Assembly (NCBI RefSeq): GCF_902459465.1
Contig: NC_047074.1
Coordinates: 1,488,001-1,552,000, forward strand
Source of the DNA: Asterias rubens
Taxonomy: Eukaryota
Direction of reading: 5' to 3'
Length of the DNA: 64,000 bases
Shown here: positions 51,689 to 61,794 of the stretch, piece after piece
Numbering within the stretch: position 1 is the first letter of the stretch
How the letters are laid out: each line of letters opens with the position of its first letter
Notes under the pieces: generated by a model
Database searches by the model: none
The model's input: the letters and a program-made list of their open reading frames with translations, nothing else
What the model was told of the DNA's origin: nothing
Made by a program: the position numbers and the translations under genes

Positions 51689-51850
51689 ACAAAACAATAA
51701 ACTTACACCTACAAAACAGTAAACTTACACCTACAAAACAGTAAACTTACACCTACAAAACAGTAAACTTACACCTACACAACAGTAAACTTACAGTACC
51801 TACAAAACAGTAAACTTACACCTACAAAACAGTAAACTTACACCTACAAA
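51689..51850. repeat. 22-bp minisatellite, 7 copies
   Basis: Unit acaaaacagtaaacttacacct. Confidence 0.92.
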
Positions 51851-53263
51851 AAATGTGTACATGTAGATGTATGGCAATTCACAGCTTGAGTTAATGACAT
51901 TACAATTCATAACATTAGTGACTGGGTTCGAAGGATGCCTATGTCTAGTACAGCATGAGCAGTTCATGCTCATTAAAACTTACTGTTTTTGTAATGGTTT
52001 CTATTTTCTCATTCATTTTAGTTGAACTAAAAGGCTACATGTTGTTGCAGTTGGTGCTGTAGCATTGCGCATAGCATGCTGTTAGATGGTCTAGATCTAG
52101 CCATGAGATCATACTGTCATGCACATACCACCATATCTGGCAAAACAAAACACTGCTTCACATGTATTACATTGTACGAGTCCTTTACACATTAAAAGAT
52201 AGGGAGTAATGAAGCATCTTGTAGATACATTGTTTTGCCATGTAAATAGTCTAACATAGAATGAAACATTTCTGAATTTCTTTGTTGGCAAAAACGGTGT
52301 ATCATACAGATAGGCGTTCTGCCATGTGAACACTACCGTAGTGGTAAAAATTTACTAAACCCAAAACACTACATCATAATGAAAGCCTCTTCTACCAGAT
52401 AAACACTGACGTGTTGAACACATAGCTACAGTCAAGCAGAAGACTGCTTCTTATAAATGGACCGTTTTGCCATAAAATAAAGTGCAGAACAAAGTATCTA
52501 AGTCAACATAATGCGTTTTGCCATACCAAAACACACAAAAAGGCAAAAAGACCACAATTTGTATAGATCTTGATAATGGAGCCACGTGCGAAAACGAGAC
52601 CGGGCAATACGAAAAGAGCGCCCCCGACTTACCCAGACAACTGTTTTTCTCAAAAACACCACAAAATTAGTTGCACTGTTTTGCCATAAGACGGCCGCAG
52701 TCGTCTCAGAAATAGCCGGCTTCGTTATTTGACCGAAATAAAAGTATTTAAGTTTTGCTGTTGGGATTGTCTTTCAATGCTTAACAATACAAAGTTTAAA
52801 TTCGTTAATGGAGGCAACTCTCAATTATCACATTGTATTTTGTTTTTATCTTTCTTGTCCTTTTCCCTCGATTTTTAACGAGTATGTAGTTCTCACTCTA
52901 GTCTTAGTTTGCATATCGATCTACTCGAATTTTAAATTATAGGAGCGACTCTTGTTTTGTCTTTAAAGTTTATATGGTTTATTTTGTCAATTTCTCAATG
53001 AATTGAAAGAATTAAAAAAACGTACCTGAATCCCAATACCGTTTCTCGTCCTAGTTTTTGTTTAAAAATAATGTCATTATCATAAAAATTAATATGGAAT
53101 TTGATAGACAAAAATGTAAATTATTATTAGTGTGCTTTATTTGCATTTCGATCAGAAACTTTTTCATACTTATCAATTTATCGATCGTCATGATTTCCCC
53201 TCATTTTCTATTCTCAATTCACCATGACAGACTCAAACCCGACCAGGTGCAAATTAATATTAC

Positions 53264-53340
53264 CCGTTTGCAGTAATTGCGCCGCCATTGTTCGGCCGGG
53301 TGTGCACAGCGCATGCAGTGCAATGTCCAATTCAGTCAGA
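53264..53340 (-). promoter_or_regulatory. Candidate distal promoter and first exon (possible alternative Mondo start)
   Basis: AACAATGGCGGCG (YY1-like, contains an ATG) is followed by CGG|GTAATA. GCGCATGC (NRF1-like) is adjacent. Confidence 0.3.
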
Positions 53341-53483
53341 GTGGGTGCGTTTGTTTAGCTTCCCTGGGTCGACCCCGGTCTGCCACCGGTGCGTTCGAAT
53401 AGTTTCATTTTATCAAAAAGCAAATCAGTAAAAAGAAGTCATTTTAACAATTCCACAAGCGGCTGTTCACAACGTAGGTTTGA

Positions 53484-54211
53484 CACTGGACACTATCGGT
53501 AATTGTCAAAGACTAGTCTTCACAGTTTGTGTGTCTCAACATATGCATAAAATAACAAACCTGTGAACATTTGAGCTAAATCGGTCATCAAACTTGCGAG
53601 ATAATAATGAAAGAAAAAACACCCTTGTCACACGAAGTTGTATGCGTTTAGATGGTTGATTTCGAGACCTCAAGTTCAAACTTGAGGTCTCGAAATCAAA
53701 TTCGTGGAAAATTACTTCTTTCTCGAAAACTACGTCACTTCAGAGGGAGCTGTTTCTTACAATGTTTTATATTATCAACCTCTCCCCATTACTCGTTACA
53801 AAGTGAGGTTTTATGCTGATAATTATTTTGAGTAATTACCAATAGTGTCCACTGCATGCCTTTAAAGGATCTGGGTACTTTTTCAAAATGTCCATAGATT
53901 TACATTAAACTTACAGGGTTTGAAGATAATGCTAGTGGAAAGCTTCCCTTCAAATCTTACTTAATGAGGTGCTGTAGTTTTTGAGAAATGAGTAAAACAA
54001 TGTCATGAAAATACGTTTGTTAATGATTAAAATAATGTTCGTCTCATGAGACCAAAATTATTTTCATGACATTGTTTAACTCATTTCCCAAAAAATACAG
54101 CACCTCAGCACGTAGTATTTTCAGGGAAGCTTTCTACTATCATTATCTTCCAACTGTGTAAGTTTAGTGTAAATCTGTGAACATTGTGTTTTTTGTCCAA
54201 CAAAAGTTACA
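53484..54211. mobile_element. Adjacent family A and family B MITEs sharing one TTAA
   Basis: A is 53484-53861, TTAA 53862-53865, B 53866-54211. Both are absent from duplicate unit B. Confidence 0.8.
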
Positions 54212-54772
54212 TAGAGAAAATCAAAGTGAAAAAAAGTGAAAAAAATGAAAAAAGGTGACAAAAAGTGACATGTGACAACATTTACATAAGTGACAATGTG
54301 ATAGAGGGATTCATATCAGAAGCACAGCTTATCACTTTTAAGTTAATTTCAAATCAATAAAAATTATAATTAACACAGTAATAGGCCATTCAAAGTGAAA
54401 GTTAATTTCTTATCCCAGACGAAAAACATTCCCATTCCAATCTGACCATAGTATTCATTACAACACACAATCAAAATACAAGCCCCAATTTTTATTTCAC
54501 ACACACAGAGTAATGTTGTGAATAGTGAATTGTTACGCAATTATTAAACTTTGCAAAACAAAGTTACCCGAATTCGAACGTTGTGTGAAGTACATCCTCA
54601 ACAGAGGATTTGTGGCCTTCGGAGAACAAGGAGAATGAATGCAAAGAGAGAAGGGATGAGTTGGGTTCTGAGTTTGTACTATTAAAGCAATAAACTGGGT
54701 TTCTACGATTTAGCCTAATCCAAGTGTTATCACTCAGACACGGTCCACCACACGCGGATCTATATTAGTCAA

Positions 54773-55657
54773 TCACTCTGGAAAATGGCGCTGCTGGTAA
54801 AGTTTTTCATAAAACGGCATGCAGCGCTGAATAAGTGCAGCTTCTTTTGGACTCTGAGTCGATTTGATCTTCGACTCTACATCTTTTGAGAAGCGAGCGG
54901 TGGTGACAGCTTTTTTGCAATGGAGTTCAAATGATGTCAGATTAGGGGTGCACATGATCCATTTGGCTTGGGCGGGTTTTCCGTTATCTTCTCCCCATTC
55001 CACCATCTTGTTGCTGAACGGTATCCCTGTTGCCTGACAGTACGCTGGTACCATTATTTCTGGATGGGCCAGAAGATCATCAGCATCCATGACAAAGGGG
55101 TTGGGGTCGAGGTTTTCTTTGACGTATTCGTAGAGTTCAAGCAAGCTTTGAAACCCTCCTGCGAGACTGCCCATCTGGAGATCCTGCCACGCCTCCATCT
55201 CGTCTTCGACCATTGTCCTAGAAGATGGTCTAAACTCCAAGTTGAGTTTCCTCCAGGATGGGATTGTTTTCTTGGGGTTACGAATCAGGAAAGTGTGCTG
55301 ATATCCAGATGGGATTACATCCCAACTTTTCCCTGCTATCTTCAGACTGTATGCGTGATCCTTAACGAACACTAGTCTGGCCCCTTCATGTGCTTCTTCT
55401 AAAGTCTGCTTAACCCATGAAAATGTATTCGCTGATGTATCGTAGGCGAGGTCCGAACCAGGAAGGTCACTGGTAATCTTGTCAAGGATACTGTTAACTT
55501 TCGGAAACACCCTTTCTGGGCCATGCCAGGCAGCATTGGTGTAGGGCTCGTAGAAGTATTTTCCTCCTTCGATGGCGCTTATGGCTCGTAGGGTTGCCGT
55601 CGAGCAAGAGCGGTAAACCGCCCACAATATAACACGAGTTTGTTTGCTGTCTGCCAT
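54773..55657 (-). CDS. Sulfotransferase-fold P-loop protein (type often labelled BCAT-like N-terminal domain), copy A, 294 aa, intronless CDS
   Basis: RVILWAVYRSCSTAT resembles the 5'-PSB loop and FLIRNPKKTIPSW the 3'-PB motif; DADDLLAHPE is also present. The first ATG is 55657 (MADSKQ); the ORF-track start is a GTG. Confidence 0.8.
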   Translation of the reverse strand: MADSKQTRVILWAVYRSCSTATLRAISAIEGGKYFYEPYTNAAWHGPERVFPKVNSILDKITSDLPGSDLAYDTSANTFSWVKQTLEEAHEGARLVFVKDHAYSLKIAGKSWDVIPSGYQHTFLIRNPKKTIPSWRKLNLEFRPSSRTMVEDEMEAWQDLQMGSLAGGFQSLLELYEYVKENLDPNPFVMDADDLLAHPEIMVPAYCQATGIPFSNKMVEWGEDNGKPAQAKWIMCTPNLTSFELHCKKAVTTARFSKDVESKIKSTQSPKEAALIQRCMPFYEKLYQQRHFPE

Positions 55658-56060
55658 GACGATGATTATTGTCTCTCTGTGCTGCAGAATGCTGTATCCC
55701 ACCACAAGATTTGCTATTTATTTTGTTGTATAGAGCCAGTCCTGCCGATGTCTATGCTAAAATTATTTTATTATGGAGAACTTCATGCAGATAACCTTCA
55801 CTTGTGATGTGTATGGGTCCGTAGGTTAAGAGGGTGCATTCATGCATGGGTATACCCACACAGACATAAAGGTATTATAAAAAATTATGTCTGTGTGATG
55901 GGTACACCCCAAACCCCCACAATTCAGTGTCAAAGCACTCGTGGCTTAACACAACTTCGTGATCCAAGGCTCTACAAAACTGTCTCAGCCACGAAGGCCT
56001 TTACAAAAGGCTACTCCTCATTTGGTCATACACTTGCAAACCACCACTGAACAAAATTTA

Positions 56061-56307
56061 GGGTGCGTTCGTTTAGCTTCCCTGGGTCGACCCCGCAGTG
56101 CTCACTCGGGGTGAGCCCCTGACAAGACCCAATCGAGCGATCACACTCGCCCTCTCGTGGTGACGGCATGCACACCAGGTCACCCCCAAGTGACCCACTC
56201 CACACTAAACAGGGCACTGGGGGCTGACCCGGGTGAGCCCCGTCAAAGCTATTCGAACGTACCGGGGCAGACCGGGGTCGACCCAGGGAAGCTAAACGAA
56301 CGCACCC
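56061..56307. mobile_element. PIF/Harbinger-like MITE (copies at 59031-59285, truncated 53343-53403, fragment about 33273-33400)
   Basis: TTA|GGGTGCGTTCGTTTAGCTTCCCTGGGTCGACCCC...GGGGTCGACCCAGGGAAGCTAAACGAACGCACCC|ATA. Confidence 0.75.
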
Positions 56308-56520
56308 ATAATTCACCGAAACACCGCACACTGGCGCCCTCTTTCTTCAGAATAATTACGGCTGATAAAAGAGGCTAGTTTCTAAAGTTCTACCTAAGGT
56401 GCTACCCCAGACACTCCATCCATCCATACAGGACGTTCCTTTATTTCAGTAAACAATACCACAACATAATTATTTCATAGTTATTTTCAATGCCACCCAG
56501 GCATAGTATCGAACTATTAA

Positions 56521-56911
56521 AGGCAGTGGACACTATTGGTAATTACTTAAAATAATTATTATCATTAAACCTTTCTTGATTACGAGTAACGGGGAGAGGT
56601 TGACTGAGTATAAAACATTGTGAGAAACAGATCCCTTTGAAATGAAGTGACGTAGCTTAGTTTTCGAGAAAGAAGTAATTTTCCACGAATTTTGATTTCG
56701 AGACCTCAAGTTTAGAATTTGAGGTCTCGAAATCAAGCATCTGAAAGCACACAACTTTGTGTGACCAGGGTGTTATTTTCTTTCATTATATCTCGCAACT
56801 TCGACAACCGATTGAGCTCAAATTTTCACAGGTTTGTCATTGTATACATATAATGTTGAGATACACCAAGTGAGGAGACTGGTTGACAGTTACCAATTGT
56901 GTCCACTGTCT
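56521..56911. mobile_element. Family A MITE in duplicate unit A (counterpart 59499-59888)
   Basis: Both copies share a private internal variant (gacgtagcttagtttt), so insertion predates the duplication. Confidence 0.85.
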
Positions 56912-57740
56912 TTAGTTAACGCAGACCGATTTGTTGAATACTTCAAACAGCTGACGGGTTTTAATTAAGAGAATTTGCGGACACAATCATGGGAATGCAC
57001 AGTTTGAGGTTTGGGTGTATACAAAAACGATAGAGAGACAACTGTACTGAACCAGAGATATTTGCACTAATCTCCTTGGCTGTCTGTCTTTATTCAAGGT
57101 TCAAGTTTCATTTTATCAAAAAGCAAATCAGTAAAAAGAAGTCATTTTAATAATTCCACAAGCGGCTGTTTCACAACGTAGGTTTGAAGGGCATTAAGCA
57201 GGAGAAAATTTAAGTGACAAAAGACAAAAATGTGACAAAAAGTGACATAAAGTGACAACATTTACAAAAGTGACAATGTGATGGAGGGATTCATATCAGA
57301 AGCACAGCTTGTCACTTTTAAGTTTATTTCAAATCAATAAAATAATCAACACAGTTGTAGGCCATTCAAAGTGAAAGTTAATTTCTTACCCCAGACGAAG
57401 AACATTCCAATTCAAATCTGACCATAACAAGCACCATGTGTGTTCATTACAAGTTACACACAATCTAAATACTATAACCCAACATTTTATTTCACACAGA
57501 GTAATTTTTGTGAATAGCGAAACACATTTTTTGTTACGCAAGTAAACTTTTTGCAAAACAAAGTTACCCGCACGTTGTGTGAAGTACAGCCTCAACAGAG
57601 GTTCGTGGCTTTCGGAGAACAGAAGGAGAATGGATGAAAGAGAGGAGGAATGAATAAACTGGTTTTCTACGATTATGCCTTCCCCAAGTGTTAATCACTC
57701 AAACACGGTCCACCACACGCGGATCTAAAATGTTAGTCAA

Positions 57741-58625
57741 TCACTTTGGAAAATGGCGCTGCTGGTAAAGTTGTTCATAAAACGGCATGCAGCGCTGAAT
57801 AAGTGCAGCTTCTTTTGGACTCTGAGTCGATTTGATCTTCGACTCTACATCTTTTGAGAAGCGAGCGGTGGTGACAGCTTTTTTGCAATAGAGTTCAAAT
57901 GATGGCAGATTAGGGGTGCACATGATCCATTTGGCTTGGGCGGGTTTTCCGTTATCTTCTCCCCATTCCACCATCTTGTTGCTGAACGGTATCCCTGTTG
58001 CCTGACAGTACGCTGGTACCATTATTTCTGGATGGGCCAGAAGATCATCAGCATCCATGACAAAGGGGTTGGGGTCGAGGTTTTCTTTGACGTATTCGTA
58101 GAGTTCAAGCAAGCTTTGAAACCCTCCTGCGAGACTGCCCATCTGGAGATCCTGCCACGCCTCCATCTCGTCTTCGACCATTGTCCCAGAAGATGGTCTA
58201 AACTCCATGTTGAGTTTCCTCCAGGATGGGATTGTTTTCTTGGGGTTACGAATCAGGAAAGTATGCTGATATCCAGATGGGATTACATCCCAACTTTTCC
58301 CTGCTATCTTCAGACTGTATGCGTGATCCTTAACGAACACTAGTCTGGCCCCTTCATGTGCTTCTTCTAAAGTCTGCTTAACCCATGAAAATGTATTCGC
58401 TGATGTATCGTAGGCGAGGTCCGAACCAGGAAGGTCACTGGTAACCTTGTCAAGCATACTGCTAACTTTCGGAAACACCTTTTCTGGGCCATGCCAGGCA
58501 GCATTGCTGTAGGGCTCGTAGAAGTATTTTCCCCCTTCGATGGTGCTTATGGCTCGTAGGGTTGCCGTCGAGCAAGAGCGGTAAACCGCCCACAATATAA
58601 CACGAGGTTGTTTGCTGTCTGCCAT
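57741..58625 (-). CDS. Sulfotransferase-fold P-loop protein, copy B, 294 aa, intronless CDS
   Basis: 15 nt differences from copy A in 885 nt, with the same motifs. Confidence 0.8.
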   Translation of the reverse strand: MADSKQPRVILWAVYRSCSTATLRAISTIEGGKYFYEPYSNAAWHGPEKVFPKVSSMLDKVTSDLPGSDLAYDTSANTFSWVKQTLEEAHEGARLVFVKDHAYSLKIAGKSWDVIPSGYQHTFLIRNPKKTIPSWRKLNMEFRPSSGTMVEDEMEAWQDLQMGSLAGGFQSLLELYEYVKENLDPNPFVMDADDLLAHPEIMVPAYCQATGIPFSNKMVEWGEDNGKPAQAKWIMCTPNLPSFELYCKKAVTTARFSKDVESKIKSTQSPKEAALIQRCMPFYEQLYQQRHFPK

Positions 58626-60232
58626 GACGATGATTATTGTCTCTCTGTGCTGCAGAATGCTGTATCCCACCACAAGATTTGCTATTTATTTTTTTGTAGA
58701 GCCAGTCCTGCCGATGTCTATGCTAAAATTATTTTATTATGGAGAACTTCATGCAGATGACCTCCACTTGTGACGTGTATGGGATGGGTCCATAGGTTAA
58801 GAGGGTGCATCATGCATGGGTACACCCACACAGAAATAAAGGTATTATAAAAAATTATGTCTGTGTGATGGGTACACCCCAAACCCCCATAATTCAGTGT
58901 CAAAGCACTCGTGGCTTAAGACAACTTCGTGATCCAAGGCTCTACAAAACTGTCTCAGCCACGAAGGCCTTTACAAAAGGCTACTCCTCATTTGGCCATA
59001 CACTTGCAAACCACCACTGAACAAAATTTAGGGTGCGTTCGTTTAGCTTCCCTGTGTCGACCCCGCAGTGCTCACTCGGGGTGAGCCCCTGACAAGACCT
59101 AATCGAGCGATCACACTCGTCCTCTCGTGGTGACGGCATGCACATCAGGTCACCCCCAAGTGACCCACTCCACACTAAACAGGGCACTGGGGGGGGGGGG
59201 GCTGACCCGGGTGAGCCCCGTCAAAGCTATTCGAACGTACCGGGGCAGACCGGGGTCGACCCAGGGAAGCTAAACGAACGCACCCATAATTCACCGAAAC
59301 ACCGCACACTGGCGCCCTCTTTCTTCAGAATAATTACGGCTGATAAAAGAGGCTAGTTTCTAAAGTTCTACCTAAGGTGCTACCCCAGAATCTCCATCTA
59401 TCCATACAGGACGTTCCTTTATTTCAGTAAACAATACCACAACATAATTATTTCATAGTTATTTTCAATGCCACCCAGGCATAGTATCGAACTATTAAAG
59501 GCAGTGGACACTATTGGTATTACTCAAAATAATTATTATCATTAAACCTTTCTTGATTACGAGTAACGGGGAGAGGTTGACTGAGTATAAAACATCGTGA
59601 GAAACAGATCCCTTTGAAATGAAGTGACGTAGCTTAGTTTTCGAGAAAGAAGTAATTTTCCACGAATTTTGATTTCGAGACCTCAAGTTTAGAATTTGAG
59701 GTCTCGAAATCAAGCATCTGAAAGCACACAACTTTGTGTGACCAGGGTGTTATTTTCTTTCATTATATCTCGCAACTTCGACAACCGATTGAGCTCAAAT
59801 TTTCACAGGTTTGTCATTGTATGCATATAATGTTGAGATACACCAAGTGAGGAGACTGGTTGACAGTTACCAATTGTGTCCACTGTCTTTAGTTAACGCA
59901 GACCAATTTGTTGAATTATTCAAACAGCTGACGGGTTTTAATTAAGAGAATTTGCGGACACAATCATGGGAATGCACAGTTTGAGGTTTGGGTGTATACA
60001 AAAACGGTTGACAATCAAGGGTGTCGAAGTTGAGTATAATATGGGGCTATACTTTGAATTATTATTTGCAATTCAGACAGGTTCGCAAAGAATTACAACT
60101 TGACTTTTGCTCTACGCACTATAGACAGTCACGGCATTATCTCCGTTCTGCACGTGCAATCGGTTGGGTGTCGGATTGTTTTCAAAACACTTTGTGGCGG
60201 TTGTTATTTTCCGTCCGACCCGTACTTTTACA

Positions 60233-60417
60233 ATAGACCTTATGCATTGACGTCATCCAGCGGCCATCTTAGTGGAAAAACGGTGACGAAAAAATCGAAA
60301 CGCACAGATTTGTACGCGCGGTGCACAGGATTGGCCAATGAACAACCTCCTTTTGACCTCTAGGTGAGGGCGGGGTGCCGGCCCTACTGAAATGACGTCA
60401 TGTGCATAAGGTCTATA
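60233..60417. mobile_element. MITE with ATAGACC...GGTCTAT termini carrying TF-site motifs
   Basis: TIR ATAGACCTTATGCA-TGACGTCAT. Internal GCCATCTT, GATTGGCCAAT and GGGCGGGG. Confidence 0.65.
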
Positions 60418-60990
60418 GTGCGCGGCCAACGAATAATTAATTTACATTGTTCTGGTTCCTTTATAATAAAACAAATATGACAGGTATCAGCTAGGGGACG
60501 TGAGTGAACTAACAAATTTTTGTTGTTTGCAGAACGAAGTTGATCTTACGACTTGCAGTCCAAGCTACACGTACAAAGTGCGCGTGGCCATCCAATTGTG
60601 TAAAAAATGTTGTTTGCAGAATAAAGTTGATCGTACGGACGACGACAGCCCAACCAATTAATCACATTCATGTCCAATCGGATTGGAGCAGATTGCGTGT
60701 TTGTTGTTTATTTGTGGTGATAAACCACAAGGGAAACTGACAGAGTATCAGTTTTTTTTAAATAGTTATACTTATAGGTTTGACCAAAGACTGAGGGCCC
60801 GGGGACTTTAAAAATAATTTTTTTTAAAGGAGGCCCTCTGTTGACACACTTTAGTTGGACGCAGTGTTGCTGAACCGATTTAAGAATTACACAACTCAAC
60901 AGCCACTGTTTAAAAATAAAACAAAATAAGACAAATTTCACAACAAATATCCCACAAAAGATCTCGAAATACCGTTATCACACACGCAAT

Positions 60991-61039
60991 AATAATTATC
61001 GCGTTCCACTCAATTATTGAGTGGAACGCGATAATTATT
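60991..61039. repeat. Perfect 24-bp-arm palindrome with a 1-nt spacer
   Basis: AATAATTATCGCGTTCCACTCAAT-T-ATTGAGTGGAACGCGATAATTATT. Confidence 0.95.
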
Positions 61040-61116
61040 GCGACACTTGCCCAAGCCCCCCCTCCCTGCTTTCCCCGCCCCCTTGGAATACAAGTTGGGC
61101 ATAATCACAAGTTGGG

Positions 61117-61307
61117 TTAGTCTTTATTCAAGGCGCACGCGGCACACCGGATAGCACGCACAACCCCAAAAATGTAACGCACGAAAAAAGACTATCACTG
61201 CGAGCGGCGAGCCGCGCCGCACGCGGTAATAGTCTTTTTTCGTGCGTTACTTTTTGGGGGTTGTGCGTGCTATCCGGTGTGCCGCGTGCGCCTTGACTAA
61301 AGGCTAA
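61117..61307. mobile_element. Fold-back MITE
   Basis: Near-perfect inverted arms of about 79 bp around a 33-bp spacer, with flanking direct repeat AGTTGGG. Confidence 0.8.
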
Positions 61308-61638
61308 AGTTGGGTTGGATCATAGAGCTATATCAATATATATACAGCTCTATGGTTGGATCGCAGCATTAAAATAGACTTAATTTCAAGTCTGAGATTG
61401 TGGTTGTTCGTCTGCTGCATCAGCCACGAACAACGCATAAGCCACGAACAGATTAGTCTACAAGGAGGGCGCCAGTAGACTAAAACCCACGATTGCAGAC
61501 TTGGAACCAAGTCTACAGTAAAAACGAAAACAAACTTTGCAATTTATTTGCGTCATGTAATTAATGTTCCGACTTTTGACAGCAGATAGACGGACTTGAC
61601 CCAGTTCGCGGTCATGGAGATAGAAATCGTCTATTTAG

Positions 61639-61646
61639 TATAAATA
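61639..61646 (+). promoter_or_regulatory. TATA box candidate for the secreted-protein gene
   Basis: TATAAATA lies about 150 nt upstream of the ATG at 61795. Confidence 0.5.
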
Positions 61647-61794
61647 CCCCAGACAAATCAATAGTGTTCATAGTATTGTCGTGGGGACAGGGGCAACAAC
61701 AACAACTAAACAACAAAGTCTTCCAATATATTTTATTTTCCACTTCGAATTCTGCTAGTCACGACGGGATTTTTGTACAACACACACCGTGACC

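Larger units (their letters stand above)
48159..52697. mobile_element. 4.5-kb non-autonomous TIR element, superfamily unclear
   Basis: Imperfect 31-bp TIR CGGCCGTCWYATGGCAAAACARTGCAAC and 4-bp TSD CAGT. Subterminal TGGCAAAAC repeats are inverted at the two ends. No long ORF. Confidence 0.75.
53400..60005. repeat. Tandem segmental duplication: unit A about 53400-57030, unit B about 57105-60005
   Basis: Shared 3' flank (tttcattttatcaaaaagcaaatcag at about 53403 and 57106), CDS, 5' flank and MITEs. The offset is about 2970 bp. Unit A carries two extra MITEs at 53484-54211. Confidence 0.92.

Noticed and set aside
44305-51850. 21- and 22-bp tandem repeats as CRISPR-like arrays
   Set aside because: They are head-to-tail with no unique spacers, there are no cas genes, and the context is eukaryotic.
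55658-55705. N-terminal extension MVGYSILQ... in the ORF track (also 58626-58673)
   Set aside because: It begins at GTG; the first ATG is MADSKQ.
54968-58343. Two 135-aa plus-strand ORFs
   Set aside because: They are antisense to the sulfotransferase-like CDSs, start at a non-ATG codon and have no independent features.
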